Shown one piece after another: positions 28,751 through 39,627 of a DNA stretch of 64,000 bases (positions are counted from its first letter, which is position 1; every line of letters starts with the position of its first letter). The notes under the pieces are model-generated. The model was not told the origin of the DNA. It did no database searches and saw nothing but the letters and a program-made list of their open reading frames with translations. The position numbers and the translations under genes are program-made. Source of the DNA: a bacterium. GTDB lineage: Bacteria > RBG-13-61-14 > DATKZS01. Where the stretch lies: the NCBI GenBank assembly GCA_963674965.2, contig CAXXFL010000002.1:352001-416000 (forward strand), read 5' to 3'.

Positions 28751-29894
28751 GTACGTGAGGTTCAAAAAGGAGGTCGTTTACAGGGGACTCGAGAAGCCTC
28801 ATTTGTTCAACGTCCTGACCGACGAGCTATACGAGCTTGAGGAGGACGGGCTCGGGTATTTAGGCGAGGTTGACGGGACCAGGCAAAAGAGGGACGTTAA
28901 AAATACCGAGCTTCTCGAATACTCGGAGTCGGAGGGACTGCTGGAATTTTCCGATAGGCCCGCGGAGAGGAAACTGGAAAAGGGCCAGTCCCCCGTTCCG
29001 TCCCTGCGATACCTCGAGTTGATCCTGACGCGCAGGTGTTCCCTCAAGTGTCGGCACTGCTACCTTGGTGAGGCCAAAAAGGAAGACTTGAGCCCCGAGC
29101 TGCTGACGGATATCCTCGATCAGTTCGACCGCGTGCAGGGTCTTCGGCTACTGCTCTCGGGAGGCGAGCCTCTCATGTACCCCCATCTGGATGAACTGGC
29201 CCGGGCCATCGAGGGCAGGGGATTCCGTACGGTCCTGCTTACCAACGGACAGTCACTGGACGATAAGACCCTCTCGTCCCTTCCCGTGCATGAGGTCCAG
29301 GTTTCGCTTGACGGCATGGAGAGAGGACACGATATCATAAGAGGGCAAGGCGCGTTCCGCAAGGCCCTCGAGGCGGCCAAGCTGGTGGCCCAGAGCGATA
29401 AAGACCTTTCCATCGCCACCATGATCCATTCCGAGAACTTCGGGGAAGTGGACGTGCTGGAAAAAATGGTACACGCCCTCAAGGCCAGGGAATGGAGCCT
29501 CGAGTTCCCGACCTTCGAGGGAAGGTGGAAAGACGCCGGCAATCTGGCCATCGACCCGAAATTCGCGGCGGATATCATGGATAAGTCCTTTGGCGGCAGC
29601 TACCACGGCGGCTCGGAGGGCAGGGCCTGCGGGCTTCACCTGGCGGCGGTAACTCCGGAGGGAGGGCTTTGCTATTGCGGTTTCCACGCGGACGACCCGC
29701 TGGGTGATTTGCATGAAGTAAGCCTGGCCGAGGCCTGGTCGAGAAAGGAGGTCATGAAGACCTCGGATCTCGAGTTCTGCGCCGATTGCCGGGTGGTGGA
29801 CGAGTGCGGGGGCGGGTGCCGCTACCGGGCCGGCGGGACCGGGCCGGACCTCGTCATGTGCGCCGCCCATGGATGGCCCAAGGGGCGGCCTTGA
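28734..29894 (+). CDS. Radical SAM/SPASM protein
   Basis: CSLKCRHC, SGGEP, SLDG; SPASM cysteines CGL...CYC...CADC..VDECGGGC...C. Confidence 0.9.
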   Translation: MSQEDKYVRFKKEVVYRGLEKPHLFNVLTDELYELEEDGLGYLGEVDGTRQKRDVKNTELLEYSESEGLLEFSDRPAERKLEKGQSPVPSLRYLELILTRRCSLKCRHCYLGEAKKEDLSPELLTDILDQFDRVQGLRLLLSGGEPLMYPHLDELARAIEGRGFRTVLLTNGQSLDDKTLSSLPVHEVQVSLDGMERGHDIIRGQGAFRKALEAAKLVAQSDKDLSIATMIHSENFGEVDVLEKMVHALKAREWSLEFPTFEGRWKDAGNLAIDPKFAADIMDKSFGGSYHGGSEGRACGLHLAAVTPEGGLCYCGFHADDPLGDLHEVSLAEAWSRKEVMKTSDLEFCADCRVVDECGGGCRYRAGGTGPDLVMCAAHGWPKGRP

Positions 29895-30020
29895 AAAATC
29901 GGACATAAAAGGATATTAAATGTCCAGTCTTTACTTTGGCCCAATCTCTTCAGGGCAATTTTGCATCTATAAAACATGGGGTATCCTGGGGAATACAGGA
30001 AATAAAAAAGAGGTGTTGGC

Positions 30021-30350
30021 ATGAGCGACGCGAAAGACCTTTTTGACAGGAAAGAGAAGAAGGTTTCCTTTTTCAAGAAGCAGGACTGGTTTTTATCCGC
30101 TGTCCTGGTTATTGTCCTTTACGTAATCATGCTGATTTACATATATGGTTTCAAGCAGGAGGAATCCTTTATCGAGCACGTCATCCATGTTTTGCCCGCC
30201 ATATCCGTGTTCCTTGTCATATTCGGGTTCGTGGATAAAAGGAAAAAGGAAGCGGCCGACGCCGCGTTGAAAAGGAAGCGTTACGAGACCCGGATGGCCC
30301 TTTTAAAATATCAGCGCGAGATAGCGGAAAAGGAGGCAAAAGGAAAATAG
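30021..30350 (+). CDS. Small two-TM membrane protein
   Basis: Two hydrophobic segments, basic tail, GAGGT RBS. Confidence 0.7.
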   Translation: MSDAKDLFDRKEKKVSFFKKQDWFLSAVLVIVLYVIMLIYIYGFKQEESFIEHVIHVLPAISVFLVIFGFVDKRKKEAADAALKRKRYETRMALLKYQREIAEKEAKGK

Positions 30351-30473
30351 ATTTTTGCTTTCGATTTTTCCGCTTCGGCTTTTTCCGCTCTAAACTTCGA
30401 TTTTTCTTTGCTACTCGCCCAAATGCGCGCTATATTAATCTGGCGTTTACCAACCGCTAAACAACCCGGGAGG

Positions 30474-32291
30474 ATGGTTTCCATGAAAAAGGACCGATCG
30501 ATCGCCAAGCTTATTACATCTCTGGCCATTGCCTTCATTATCTCACTACTATTGACGGGTTGCGCCCGGACCATCGCCACTTTCCTGGGCACGGACCCAG
30601 GCGAGCGGGTGGGCATGAAGGTTGGCCTTAACAGGATTATGACCACCAGGGACGGCGTCGAGCTGGCCACGGACGTTTACGAGCCGGCGGGGGAGGGGCC
30701 ATGGCCCGTGGTGGTAACCCGTCTTCCTTACGGGTCGGACAACGCGCTTTTCAAGAACCTGGGCAAGCTATTCGTCCGCAACGGTTACGTGTTTGTAGTT
30801 CAGGACACCAGGGGCTCGAAGGACTCGGATGGAGCTTGGTTCCCCCTCATCTGGGAATACGAGGACGGACACGACACCATCGAATGGGTGAGCGAGCAAT
30901 CCTGGTGCAACGGAAAGATCGGGATGTGGGGAGGAAGCTACTTCGGCTACACCCAATTGGCGGCCGCGCCCGACAACCCCAAGATAACCTGCATGACCCC
31001 CTTCGTGACCTCGGGCAACATGCACAAGGTCATCTTCCGGGGAGGGGCCAGGGAACTGTTGACCACCGAGGGCTGGATAACGGGAGAGAGGAACGCCCAA
31101 CTCGAGAAGACGGGGGAAAAGGAAAAGCTGAAAACGGACTTCTCCGGCGGTTTTTACAACGACCCGATCAGGGACGCGAAAGCCCTGGACTACGACGCGC
31201 TAAGGAGCGACCCGGACATGATCAACGCCGGTCCCGAGGAATTTTTGATACATCCCGGCGACGTCGAGGACATGCCCCCCCTCAATTACTCGCGGTACTA
31301 CGACAAGGTCAGCGCTCCCTCATTGCTGATCGCCGGCTGGTACGACATGTTCCTGGGGCCCCAGCTCGATGACTTCGTCAAGTTCAGGAGCGAGGGCAGG
31401 GGCGACGCCCGGAAGACCAGGCTTATCGTGGGGCCCTGGGTCCACGGCCTTTTCCTCTCCAAGTTCGAGGAATCGCCCTTCGCGGGTTTCCAGGTCTTCG
31501 GTTCTTCCTTTATGGACTGGCTTGACTACTGGCTGAAGGGGGTCGAGAACGGGGCCGCCGACGAGGCCCCGGTAAAGATATTCGTGATGGGCGAGAACGT
31601 TTGGCGCGACGAGAACGAGTGGCCCCTGGCCAGGACTCGCTTTACCAGGTATTACCTGCACGGCCAGGGCGACGCGCATCTTCCGAACGGCTCGGGTTCG
31701 CTCGGCAAGGAGGCCCCCACCGGCCACGAGCCGGAGGACAGGTATTTTTACGATCCCATGGACCCGGTCGAGACGGCGGGGGGAAACTTCCTGGGCGCGG
31801 GCGGTTACCAGCCCGGCGTCAAGGACCAGACCGGGCTGGCCAAGCGGCCGGACGTGCTGGTATATCGCACGCCTCCTCTGCTTAAGAACCTCGAGGTCAC
31901 CGGTCCCATTACCCTCCATCTGTTCGCCTCGTCCAGCGCCAGGGACACGGACTTTACGGCCAAGCTCCTGGACCTGGGGCCGACGGGCAAGGCGCGGCTG
32001 CTTCAAACGGGTATTGTCAGGGCGAGGTATCGGGAAAGTCTTAAAAATCCCTCGGCCATCGAGCCCGATGAAATCTACGAGTACACCATAGACATGTGGG
32101 CCACGTCCAACCTGTTTAAAAAGGGTCATCGCGTGGCCCTGTGGGTTTCGTCCTCCGACTTCCCACAGTTCGACCGCAACACTAACGCGGCGGGGGAGGG
32201 AGGACCCGACAACGTGGTTATCGCGCGGCAAAAGATATTCCATGACGCCGATCATCCATCGGCGCTGGTTTTGCCGGTTATTCCAAGGTAG
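30474..32291 (+). CDS. CocE/NonD family hydrolase, probable lipoprotein
   Basis: LLTGC lipobox; TRLPY, QDTRG, GGSY nucleophile, GWYD, GPWVH, SSSDFPQFDRN. Confidence 0.9.
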   Translation: MVSMKKDRSIAKLITSLAIAFIISLLLTGCARTIATFLGTDPGERVGMKVGLNRIMTTRDGVELATDVYEPAGEGPWPVVVTRLPYGSDNALFKNLGKLFVRNGYVFVVQDTRGSKDSDGAWFPLIWEYEDGHDTIEWVSEQSWCNGKIGMWGGSYFGYTQLAAAPDNPKITCMTPFVTSGNMHKVIFRGGARELLTTEGWITGERNAQLEKTGEKEKLKTDFSGGFYNDPIRDAKALDYDALRSDPDMINAGPEEFLIHPGDVEDMPPLNYSRYYDKVSAPSLLIAGWYDMFLGPQLDDFVKFRSEGRGDARKTRLIVGPWVHGLFLSKFEESPFAGFQVFGSSFMDWLDYWLKGVENGAADEAPVKIFVMGENVWRDENEWPLARTRFTRYYLHGQGDAHLPNGSGSLGKEAPTGHEPEDRYFYDPMDPVETAGGNFLGAGGYQPGVKDQTGLAKRPDVLVYRTPPLLKNLEVTGPITLHLFASSSARDTDFTAKLLDLGPTGKARLLQTGIVRARYRESLKNPSAIEPDEIYEYTIDMWATSNLFKKGHRVALWVSSSDFPQFDRNTNAAGEGGPDNVVIARQKIFHDADHPSALVLPVIPR

Positions 32292-32336
32292 ATAAAAGCC
32301 GAAAAAACAGGACGTCGGTGGGGGGAAGGTTTTTTC

Positions 32337-33881
32337 CTACCCGCCGGCGGTGGGAAGATGATTGTAGTTTTGCTCTTTCTTCGATCTTATTTTTATGGCC
32401 CTTATGGTCCTTAAAAGCATGAACTTGAGGAATGAGGGCCTGTATCTCAGGAAATTGAAGTAACGTCTTCCCACCAGGTATGGCCTTCGAAAAATGGCCA
32501 GATACGAATAAATCCATTCCCATCTGATAATCGACTCGAGTTGTTCCGCCGTCCATTCGTCGGAATCGATTACCGAAGAAAAATATAAATTGCCCTGCTC
32601 GAAAAAACTTTCCTCGGTTATAAAACCCCTTCGCAGGCACTCCTGAAACAGCTCCGATCCCGGCAAAGGGTTATAGATAAAGATGGCCCACAAGTCCAAT
32701 TTCAATTCCCTGGCGAAGCTGGTCGAGTCCTTGATCTGGGACATGGTCTCGCCGGGAAAGCCAATGATGAAGTAAGCGTTTCGAGATATGCCCAGGTCCC
32801 TGGCCGCCTGGTTTACTTCCCGTACTTTATCCAGCTTCAGGGGCTTTTTAATCAGTTTGGACAATACCTCCTGGTTGCCGCTCTCGACCGCCATGGTTAT
32901 CTGGAAACAACCGGAAGCCTTCATGAGCCTCAGCATCTCCTTGTCCAGGGTCCAGGTAGCGATGCCGTTGGGAGTGTTCCAGTGAAGTCGCCAGGGACGC
33001 CGGGCCATTTCCTCGAAGATCGTCCTGGCCCTTTTGCGGTCGATCGTCAGGTTATCGTCCTGAATTTTCAATTCCCTGATTTTAAAGCGCTCGACCAGCC
33101 AGTCCATCTCGGCCAGCACGTTTTCGGCCGATCTTACGCGGTATCGGTTTCCCCACAGGTGGGTGCTGGAGCAAAAGGTGCATTTGCAGGGGCATCCTCT
33201 CGAGGTCACGATGGGGACGTGCCGGGGATGGATGAACTCGTATCCCATGGGAAGGGCCGCCTTCTCGTACTTGTCCGGATTCAACAGGTCGTGAGCCGGA
33301 AAGGGAATCGAGTCCAGGTCTTGTATATAACCGGTTTTTGGGTTGGACCTGACCGCCTCGCCATCCCTCCATGCCAGTCCGTCGATCTCCTTGTAGGACG
33401 ATCCGGTTTTTAACGCGTTCAGTAGCTCGACGAAGGTCACCTCGGACTCGCCTTTCAAAATGAAATCGACGGGAGCGTCGTTCATGCACATCTCGGGCAG
33501 GAAGGTGGGATGGGCGCCCCCGCAAATCACGGGAAGGTCCGGGTCCAGAGATTTAACGCGCCGTGAAATCTCCCTTATGGAAGGCCACTGGTTCGAGAAG
33601 ATACAGGACAGTCCCACCAGATCGGGCTTCTCCTTTTCGACTCGGGCCATTATCTCCTCGAAGGTCAGGCCGAAACGAGATATCTGGTCGTTAACCATGG
33701 TCTCCTGGTAATGGGCCTCGGCCACGGCGTCCAGGCAGGCCACCTCGTAGCCCGCCTCCCTGACTGAGGAAGCGAGATAGGCTATTCCCATGGGGGTCGT
33801 CACCATGGGTTCCCAACTGGCCAGGGAAGTGCTGGGAGGAAAGATCAGCAGGATTTTTCGAATATTACGTTCCGTCGCCAT
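32337..33881 (-). CDS. B12-binding radical SAM protein
   Basis: PMGIAYLAS, GGAHPT, TSRGCPCKCTFC, DDNL, FIIGFPGET. Confidence 0.92.
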   Translation of the reverse strand: MATERNIRKILLIFPPSTSLASWEPMVTTPMGIAYLASSVREAGYEVACLDAVAEAHYQETMVNDQISRFGLTFEEIMARVEKEKPDLVGLSCIFSNQWPSIREISRRVKSLDPDLPVICGGAHPTFLPEMCMNDAPVDFILKGESEVTFVELLNALKTGSSYKEIDGLAWRDGEAVRSNPKTGYIQDLDSIPFPAHDLLNPDKYEKAALPMGYEFIHPRHVPIVTSRGCPCKCTFCSSTHLWGNRYRVRSAENVLAEMDWLVERFKIRELKIQDDNLTIDRKRARTIFEEMARRPWRLHWNTPNGIATWTLDKEMLRLMKASGCFQITMAVESGNQEVLSKLIKKPLKLDKVREVNQAARDLGISRNAYFIIGFPGETMSQIKDSTSFARELKLDLWAIFIYNPLPGSELFQECLRRGFITEESFFEQGNLYFSSVIDSDEWTAEQLESIIRWEWIYSYLAIFRRPYLVGRRYFNFLRYRPSFLKFMLLRTIRAIKIRSKKEQNYNHLPTAGG

Positions 33882-33969
33882 TTAACGCTCTTGAGATAAA
33901 GGAATATCACTCTTTGGGCCGGCGATCAAATAATCGCTTCAAGGATAATGGCCCCCCGGACTTTTTCCT

Positions 33970-34689
33970 CTATCTTTTTCTTTTCGACTGGAACTCGATC
34001 AGTTCGGCCATGCTCGTCATGCCCTCGTCCTCGAGTTTTCTCAGCATCTTTACGAGGGCCCGGGCCGTCAGCCTCGCGTCGCCCAGGGCCCGGTGTCTCG
34101 AGCGGGCCCCGCATTTTTCCGGCCTGATGTGAAGGTTGGCGGCAAGGCTGTCCAGGTTGTGCGAATCGAGCTCCGGGTACACGCGGCGGGAAAGCTTCAC
34201 GGTGCAAAGCCCGGGCGCCCGTATCTTTTCGTCAAAGGCTTCTTTCCAGGCCCGGGTCAGAAAGGCCAGGTCGAACTTCAGATTGTGGGCCACCAGCACG
34301 CGTCCCCTCATCATGCAGCGCAGGGTGGGCAGGACTTCCTCGATGGCGGGAGCGGTGGGCAGCATCCAGTCCTCGATCCCGGTAAGGGCCGAAATGAAGC
34401 GGGGCAGGCTCTCGCCGGGGTTGACCAGGGTTGACAGCTCCCGCCCCAGCTTGAAGCCGTCCACCTCGACCGCGCCCACCTCGATGATCCGGGACTCGGC
34501 CGCCTTCATGCCGCTCGTCTCCAGGTCCACCACCAGGAACCTGGCCTTGGCCAGCGGAAGTTCCATGAGCTGTTCCCGGTTCATGGGGGGAGATACCTCC
34601 ATGAGCTTCTTGGCCACGTCGCCCCGGGCGTTTTTGATGCCAAGCTCCCAGAGGCAGTAAAGCTCCCCGAAGTCCTTGATCGTCTTCAT
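33970..34689 (-). CDS. DEDDh 3'-5' exonuclease (DnaQ/epsilon-like)
   Basis: VDLETSG, AHNLKFD, HRALGDA. Confidence 0.9.
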   Translation of the reverse strand: MKTIKDFGELYCLWELGIKNARGDVAKKLMEVSPPMNREQLMELPLAKARFLVVDLETSGMKAAESRIIEVGAVEVDGFKLGRELSTLVNPGESLPRFISALTGIEDWMLPTAPAIEEVLPTLRCMMRGRVLVAHNLKFDLAFLTRAWKEAFDEKIRAPGLCTVKLSRRVYPELDSHNLDSLAANLHIRPEKCGARSRHRALGDARLTARALVKMLRKLEDEGMTSMAELIEFQSKRKR

Positions 34690-34723
34690 GGTCCGACCCA
34701 GCGGCTTTCTCCAGTCCCTATCC

Positions 34724-35308
34724 TCAGGACTGGACGGTTTCCTTATAGAGGTCCTGGAGTTTTTCCCTTAAGAAAAGCCGGGCGCGATGGAGCCTGGACT
34801 TTACCGCCGGCGGGCTGAGGTTCATGATCTCGGCCGTTTCGTCGGTCGAGAAGTTCTCGACGTCGCGCAGGATAAGGACGGTCTTGAAGTCGGCCGGCAT
34901 TCCATCCATGGCCTTCTCGATGACCACCATGGACTCCTCGGTGGTCAGGCGATCGAACGGGCCCGGTCCGGTCTCGGTCTCGTCCAGCGGCAACTCCTCG
35001 TGGAGGTCCTCGATGGACACGATCTCGGCGTTGTCGTTTTTTCTGAGTCTCATGAGGGCCGAGTTGACGGCCACCCGGTACAGCCAGGTGGAGAAGCTCG
35101 ATTTTCCCTGGAACTGCCCCAGCTTTTGGTAGACGGTCAGGAAGACCTCCTGCAGGACCTCCTCGGCGTCCTCCTTGTCCCTGGTGAACCTCATGGCCAG
35201 GCGATGGACGCGAGTCCGATAGCGCTCCATTAGAGACTGGAAGGCCTCGTCGTCCCCGGACAGCACGCGTCCGATGAGCTCGTCGTCCAGCTCGGCCGGT
35301 TCGTTCAT
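34724..35308 (-). CDS. ECF sigma-70 factor
   Basis: DAEEVLQEVF, FSTWLYRVAVN, VKSRLHRAR; start trimmed to MNEPAE. Confidence 0.92.
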   Translation of the reverse strand: MNEPAELDDELIGRVLSGDDEAFQSLMERYRTRVHRLAMRFTRDKEDAEEVLQEVFLTVYQKLGQFQGKSSFSTWLYRVAVNSALMRLRKNDNAEIVSIEDLHEELPLDETETGPGPFDRLTTEESMVVIEKAMDGMPADFKTVLILRDVENFSTDETAEIMNLSPPAVKSRLHRARLFLREKLQDLYKETVQS

Positions 35309-36246
35309 TGGGCGAGACTCGACCTCAAGGCCGCTCGCTCGGGCCAGAGGTATCTTTCGGCCATCCATCCCTTCACGCCGGCGCGGGGGTCCTCCACGTA
35401 ATAAAAGGTCTTCTGCCGGCTGAACATCATGGAATTGAGAAAAATCACCGGAAAGCCCACGGGCACGCGGTTAACTCGAGTCTCGAGATAGCCGTTGGGC
35501 GTTATCTTCTCGTACATGATCGGGTCGCCGTATTGACGCACGAACTCCGGCGTCGCCGTCACCGTGAACTCCCGTTTTTGAGTGATGGTCTGGGCCTTGG
35601 CCTTGTTGATGTAGGCCCATAACCGGTCCACTTTCGGCTGGACCCGAGAGCAGTCCTTCATGGGAAGCTCGTCAAGGGCTTCCCAGTAAAGAAGCTCCAT
35701 CTCATGCGCCGGGCGGTACATGTACTCGAGCTCGCCCTTGATCTTCCTAAGTTCCTCCCGAGCGACCTCGATGCAGCCGGCCTGGACCTCGATGGCGTGG
35801 CTTGCCTGATCCTGCGCCTCGGCCGCGAAACGAATGGCCCCGTCCAGGTCTCCCGCCTTTCTCGCCTCCTCGGACTTGAGCATGTTCTGGCGGTAATAAT
35901 AAGTCAGGGTAGGGGGAGGATTATATCCGGCCAGCTCTTCATTGGTACGCCTCGCCCAGGCCAGGGTTATCTCGAGTTGCGCGGTCTTGGCCATCGCGAG
36001 CGCCTTTTCGTAGTCGCCCGTCTCCATCAATTGCCTGGCCCGCCCGATGTTCTCGCGATAGGGCGCGGCCTGCTGGTCCGTCAGGGCGTACTTGCCGGAA
36101 ACCTTCGCGAACAAGGCCTCAGCCTCGGATATGGCGCTTGTAAGCTCAGCCGGAGGCCCCTGGGGCTTCTTCTCCGCGCATGAGAATATTGTTAGGACCG
36201 CGATGAATATTATAAATGGCGGGGCGCTTTTCCTGATCATTTTCAT
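35305..36246 (-). CDS. Hypothetical helical lipoprotein
   Basis: IFSC lipobox, GGAGG RBS, stop overlaps the sigma factor start. Confidence 0.7.
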   Translation of the reverse strand: MKMIRKSAPPFIIFIAVLTIFSCAEKKPQGPPAELTSAISEAEALFAKVSGKYALTDQQAAPYRENIGRARQLMETGDYEKALAMAKTAQLEITLAWARRTNEELAGYNPPPTLTYYYRQNMLKSEEARKAGDLDGAIRFAAEAQDQASHAIEVQAGCIEVAREELRKIKGELEYMYRPAHEMELLYWEALDELPMKDCSRVQPKVDRLWAYINKAKAQTITQKREFTVTATPEFVRQYGDPIMYEKITPNGYLETRVNRVPVGFPVIFLNSMMFSRQKTFYYVEDPRAGVKGWMAERYLWPERAALRSSLAQ

Positions 36247-36296
36247 TGGCCTCCTTCCTGCGATTGAAAAAATTATACACGCGCCCCGCTCGATGG

Positions 36297-37256
36297 TCAA
36301 TGACCTTTTACATCCTGGCGGCAAAGAGCGTAATAGAGCCTTCCATCCGTCCTTTGGGTCTCGATCTTGCCCTTGGCCATGAGCTTTTCCAGGTACTTGA
36401 CCGCCTCGTTGCGGTGGACGCCAAGACCCGAGGCCACGTCCTCGAGGGTACAGGGACGGCGCGAGACGGTCTCGAGCACGTCCTCCTCCCGAGCCGCCGA
36501 CCCCTTGCCCCCTTGGCCCTTTTCATGATAATCCGCGATGACCTCAGCCGGCGGAGAAAAAGTCCTCGCGAAACCATCAAGCAAATCCCTCGGGGTTTTC
36601 CTCGCGCTTTCCTCCGCCGGGGGCCGGGTTACGGTGTTGAGTTGGACCACGGCCCCCTCTATCTTGCCCGCCAGATCGGATATCCTCCTCATCTCCGCTT
36701 CCCCGTCGTTGACGCCGCCCACCATGAAAACCTCGAGCAGAAGCTTGCCTTGATATGTCTTCCCGAACTCGATAAGTCCCTGGACCATGGACTCGAAAAC
36801 TACGCCCGGATGAGGACGGTTGATCGCTCGGAAAACCTCGTCCGATCCAGCGTCCAGGTTCGGGACAACCACGTCGGCCGCCATCAGTTCCTCTCTCACC
36901 TCGGGAAGATGAAGAAGCGAGCCGTTGGTCAATACCGTCACCGGGACGTCGGTGAAGGATTTAACGGACCTTATTATATCGCCCAGGTCCAGGCTGAGAG
37001 TCGGTTCGCCCGAGCCGGCGAAGGTTATGACGTCGGGCGGAGCGGGGCCGCCGCAGCCGGTCTTTATCTGCTCGATGACCAGGTCCTTGGGCGCCCACGA
37101 GCCGCGCTCGACGCGCTTGTCCGTGGTCCTGCCAATCTGGCAGTATACGCAGTCGTAGGTGCAGGTTTTATATGGTACCAGGTCCACTCCCAGGGAGCGT
37201 CCCAGCCGTCTGGACGGGACCGGGCCGAAAACGTATCGCTTTTGCGCCTGATTCAT
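36297..37256 (-). CDS. Radical SAM Fe-S oxidoreductase (TYW1-like family)
   Basis: FGPVPSRRLGRSLGVD, CTYDCVYC, GSGEPTL. Confidence 0.88.
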   Translation of the reverse strand: MNQAQKRYVFGPVPSRRLGRSLGVDLVPYKTCTYDCVYCQIGRTTDKRVERGSWAPKDLVIEQIKTGCGGPAPPDVITFAGSGEPTLSLDLGDIIRSVKSFTDVPVTVLTNGSLLHLPEVREELMAADVVVPNLDAGSDEVFRAINRPHPGVVFESMVQGLIEFGKTYQGKLLLEVFMVGGVNDGEAEMRRISDLAGKIEGAVVQLNTVTRPPAEESARKTPRDLLDGFARTFSPPAEVIADYHEKGQGGKGSAAREEDVLETVSRRPCTLEDVASGLGVHRNEAVKYLEKLMAKGKIETQRTDGRLYYALCRQDVKGH

Positions 37257-37321
37257 GGGGGCCTCACCTATTATCTTACAATGGATCGTCTTGGAATGCT
37301 TCCCCCCGTCTTTCGCGATAC

Positions 37322-37945
37322 CTAAATCCAGCCTAAAACGCCCGCGAACAGGGCCAGCATGATCGCGTTAAGGAGGCCAAGGCCGCCGATGAAGCGCCTT
37401 TGCGTTTTAGGGGGCCAGTCGTAACAGTAGACGGAGGCCAGGAAGAAGGGGATATAAACGGTAATGAAAACCGGGAGGGCCCCCCACCATGGATATACCC
37501 AGGCAAAGGCCGGCGTCTTGACCAGGAATATCTCGAAAACGGAAAAGAAAGCCGCGTTAACCACCGCGATCAAGACGCGGTTATTGACGCCCATGATCTT
37601 CATCTTCGGGTCTTCGGGAAGCAGCTTGGAAAAAATCAGGCCCGCCACGCTGAACATGAGACTAAGCTCCGCCCCCACCCCGATCAGGAGAAGAAAGGCC
37701 GTTCCCTCCGGCACGGTCCACAAGGCGTGACCCGTAAAATGCTGGATGAGGCCGTTTACTATCTCGACGAACCAATGGACCATGTAAAGAGCCATGCCCG
37801 CCGCTATGCCTTTCCAGTTCCTCTTTTGTATCTCGTTAAAATAAACGTAAGCCACCAGCGCCAGAAGCGTAATCAGATGCCACTGGAAAGGCTCGCCGCT
37901 CCTGAGCAGCTTCAGGGCCTGCTCGGTTACTTCAGGGTGATTCAT
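37322..37945 (-). CDS. Hypothetical multi-pass membrane protein
   Basis: About six hydrophobic segments; AAGGAG RBS. Confidence 0.75.
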   Translation of the reverse strand: MNHPEVTEQALKLLRSGEPFQWHLITLLALVAYVYFNEIQKRNWKGIAAGMALYMVHWFVEIVNGLIQHFTGHALWTVPEGTAFLLLIGVGAELSLMFSVAGLIFSKLLPEDPKMKIMGVNNRVLIAVVNAAFFSVFEIFLVKTPAFAWVYPWWGALPVFITVYIPFFLASVYCYDWPPKTQRRFIGGLGLLNAIMLALFAGVLGWI

Positions 37946-38215
37946 GCTCTCTCCTTGCTTTTTCGGCTTACGAGGCGATAACTACTTCGGCGCTATTGTC
38001 GGGTCCTATCCCGGCGCCTCCGTCCACGGGAAAGTTATTACAGGCTAACCCGAATGCCTGAAAAATAAAAGTAATAAAACGGCTTGGCCAAGGCCGCTCT
38101 TTGCCATATTGCGCGCGAGCGCCGCGATGAAAGGAGGGGCCGCGCTGGACGTTTCGCGAGTCCGGCCTAAGCCCGGCCGTTGAACCCTCCCGCGTTTGCC
38201 GTTATATTCGGGTTC

Positions 38216-39627
38216 ATGCAAAGATTTTTCCTTTTCTGCGCCGGCGCTATTTTTTTAGCCTGCCTGACGAGTTGCTTGGATTTTTCCAGGTGCTCCCAAC
38301 ACGGGACCGCTATCAAACCGCCGCGTATTGTGATGCTGATAGTGATCGATACTTTAAGGAGGGACCACGTGGGCGCCTACGGATATGAAAAGCCGACGAC
38401 GCCCAATATTGACAACTGGCGCGAGAGGGCGTCCTGTTTAAAAACTCCTACTCCACCTGTAGTTGGACCCAACCCGCCATGGCCAGTCTTTTCACCTCCA
38501 CCTATCCCCTCGTTCATCACGTGATGGGAGCGCCCGACGCGCCTAAAATCGAAATGTCCGTCCTGTCCCCGGACTTCGTGACCATGGCCGAGTTCCTGCA
38601 AGGCCGGGGCATGGAGACCATGGCCGTGAGTTCTCAGCCCTGGTGCAACTCATTATCCGGTTTTGACCAGGGATTTGACGGGTTCGAGACCGTAAGCAAG
38701 GTGCTCGACGAGAGGGAGGCGGAAAAGGTGGTTGACCGAGCCCTCGAGTGGCTGAACCAAAATGGGGGTCAGGGTGATTTCTTCCTCTACGTTCACATGA
38801 TGGGGCCGCATTATCCATACATTCCGCCGCCCGGCTTCAAAGGCAGGCTTGGAGGAGACCGCGCCGGGAAGGTGGAGGGCCTGCTCGGCGGCATGGAGTA
38901 TCTCGATCAGATCATGTATCTGAACGGTGACGGCAAGATTCTTTTCAAGAACGATCCCGGCCTGCTCGACGAGTTGACCGCCCTTTACGACGAGGAGGTT
39001 TTATACGCGGACGCCCAGGTGGGAAGACTGGTTTCCTGGCTGGAGGATCGCGACCTGCTTGACGAGGCCATGGTTATCGTATTATCCGACCACGGAGAGC
39101 AGTTTCTAGAACATGACGGTTTCACTCATGGCATAGCTCTTTTCCCCGAGGAAATCGAGGTCCCCCTCGTGATCCATTACCCTCCATTGGGTGAAAGGCT
39201 GGAGGTGGGGCAACTTGTTTCCCTTATCGATCTTTATCCCGCCTTATTGGACATTTTCGCGCGGGAGGTGGAATCTCCAATTCAGGGAGTAAGTCTTTTA
39301 AAGGCGATCAAGGGGGAGAAAAGGGCGCCCATCCTGACCGAGAACGCCGCGCCCGGCCTGATGAAGCTTACCGACCATACCCATTCTCTTCTGTACAGGG
39401 TCAAACCGGGCGAGGAAGAAGGAGATTACTGGCTTTACGACCTCCGGACGGACGCGCGTGAAATTAAGGACGTTAAGGATGACCAACCTGACGTGGCCCG
39501 GAAGATGGTGGACAGGCTTGGCCAACTCGAGTACGAGAACTCCCGGATCAAGGTCAGGCCCGCGACTTCCCGCGAGCTTTCCCAAGATGAAGTGAACAAG
39601 CTCAAGGCCATCGGCTACCTTCACTGA
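38216..39627 (+). pseudogene. Sulfatase-family protein with a 1-bp frameshift at about 38415 (pseudogene or sequencing error)
   Basis: [19 protein letters not shown] in one frame continues as [27 protein letters not shown] in the other (GAC AA CTG); later HYPY, YDEEV and SDHGE motifs. Confidence 0.8.
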
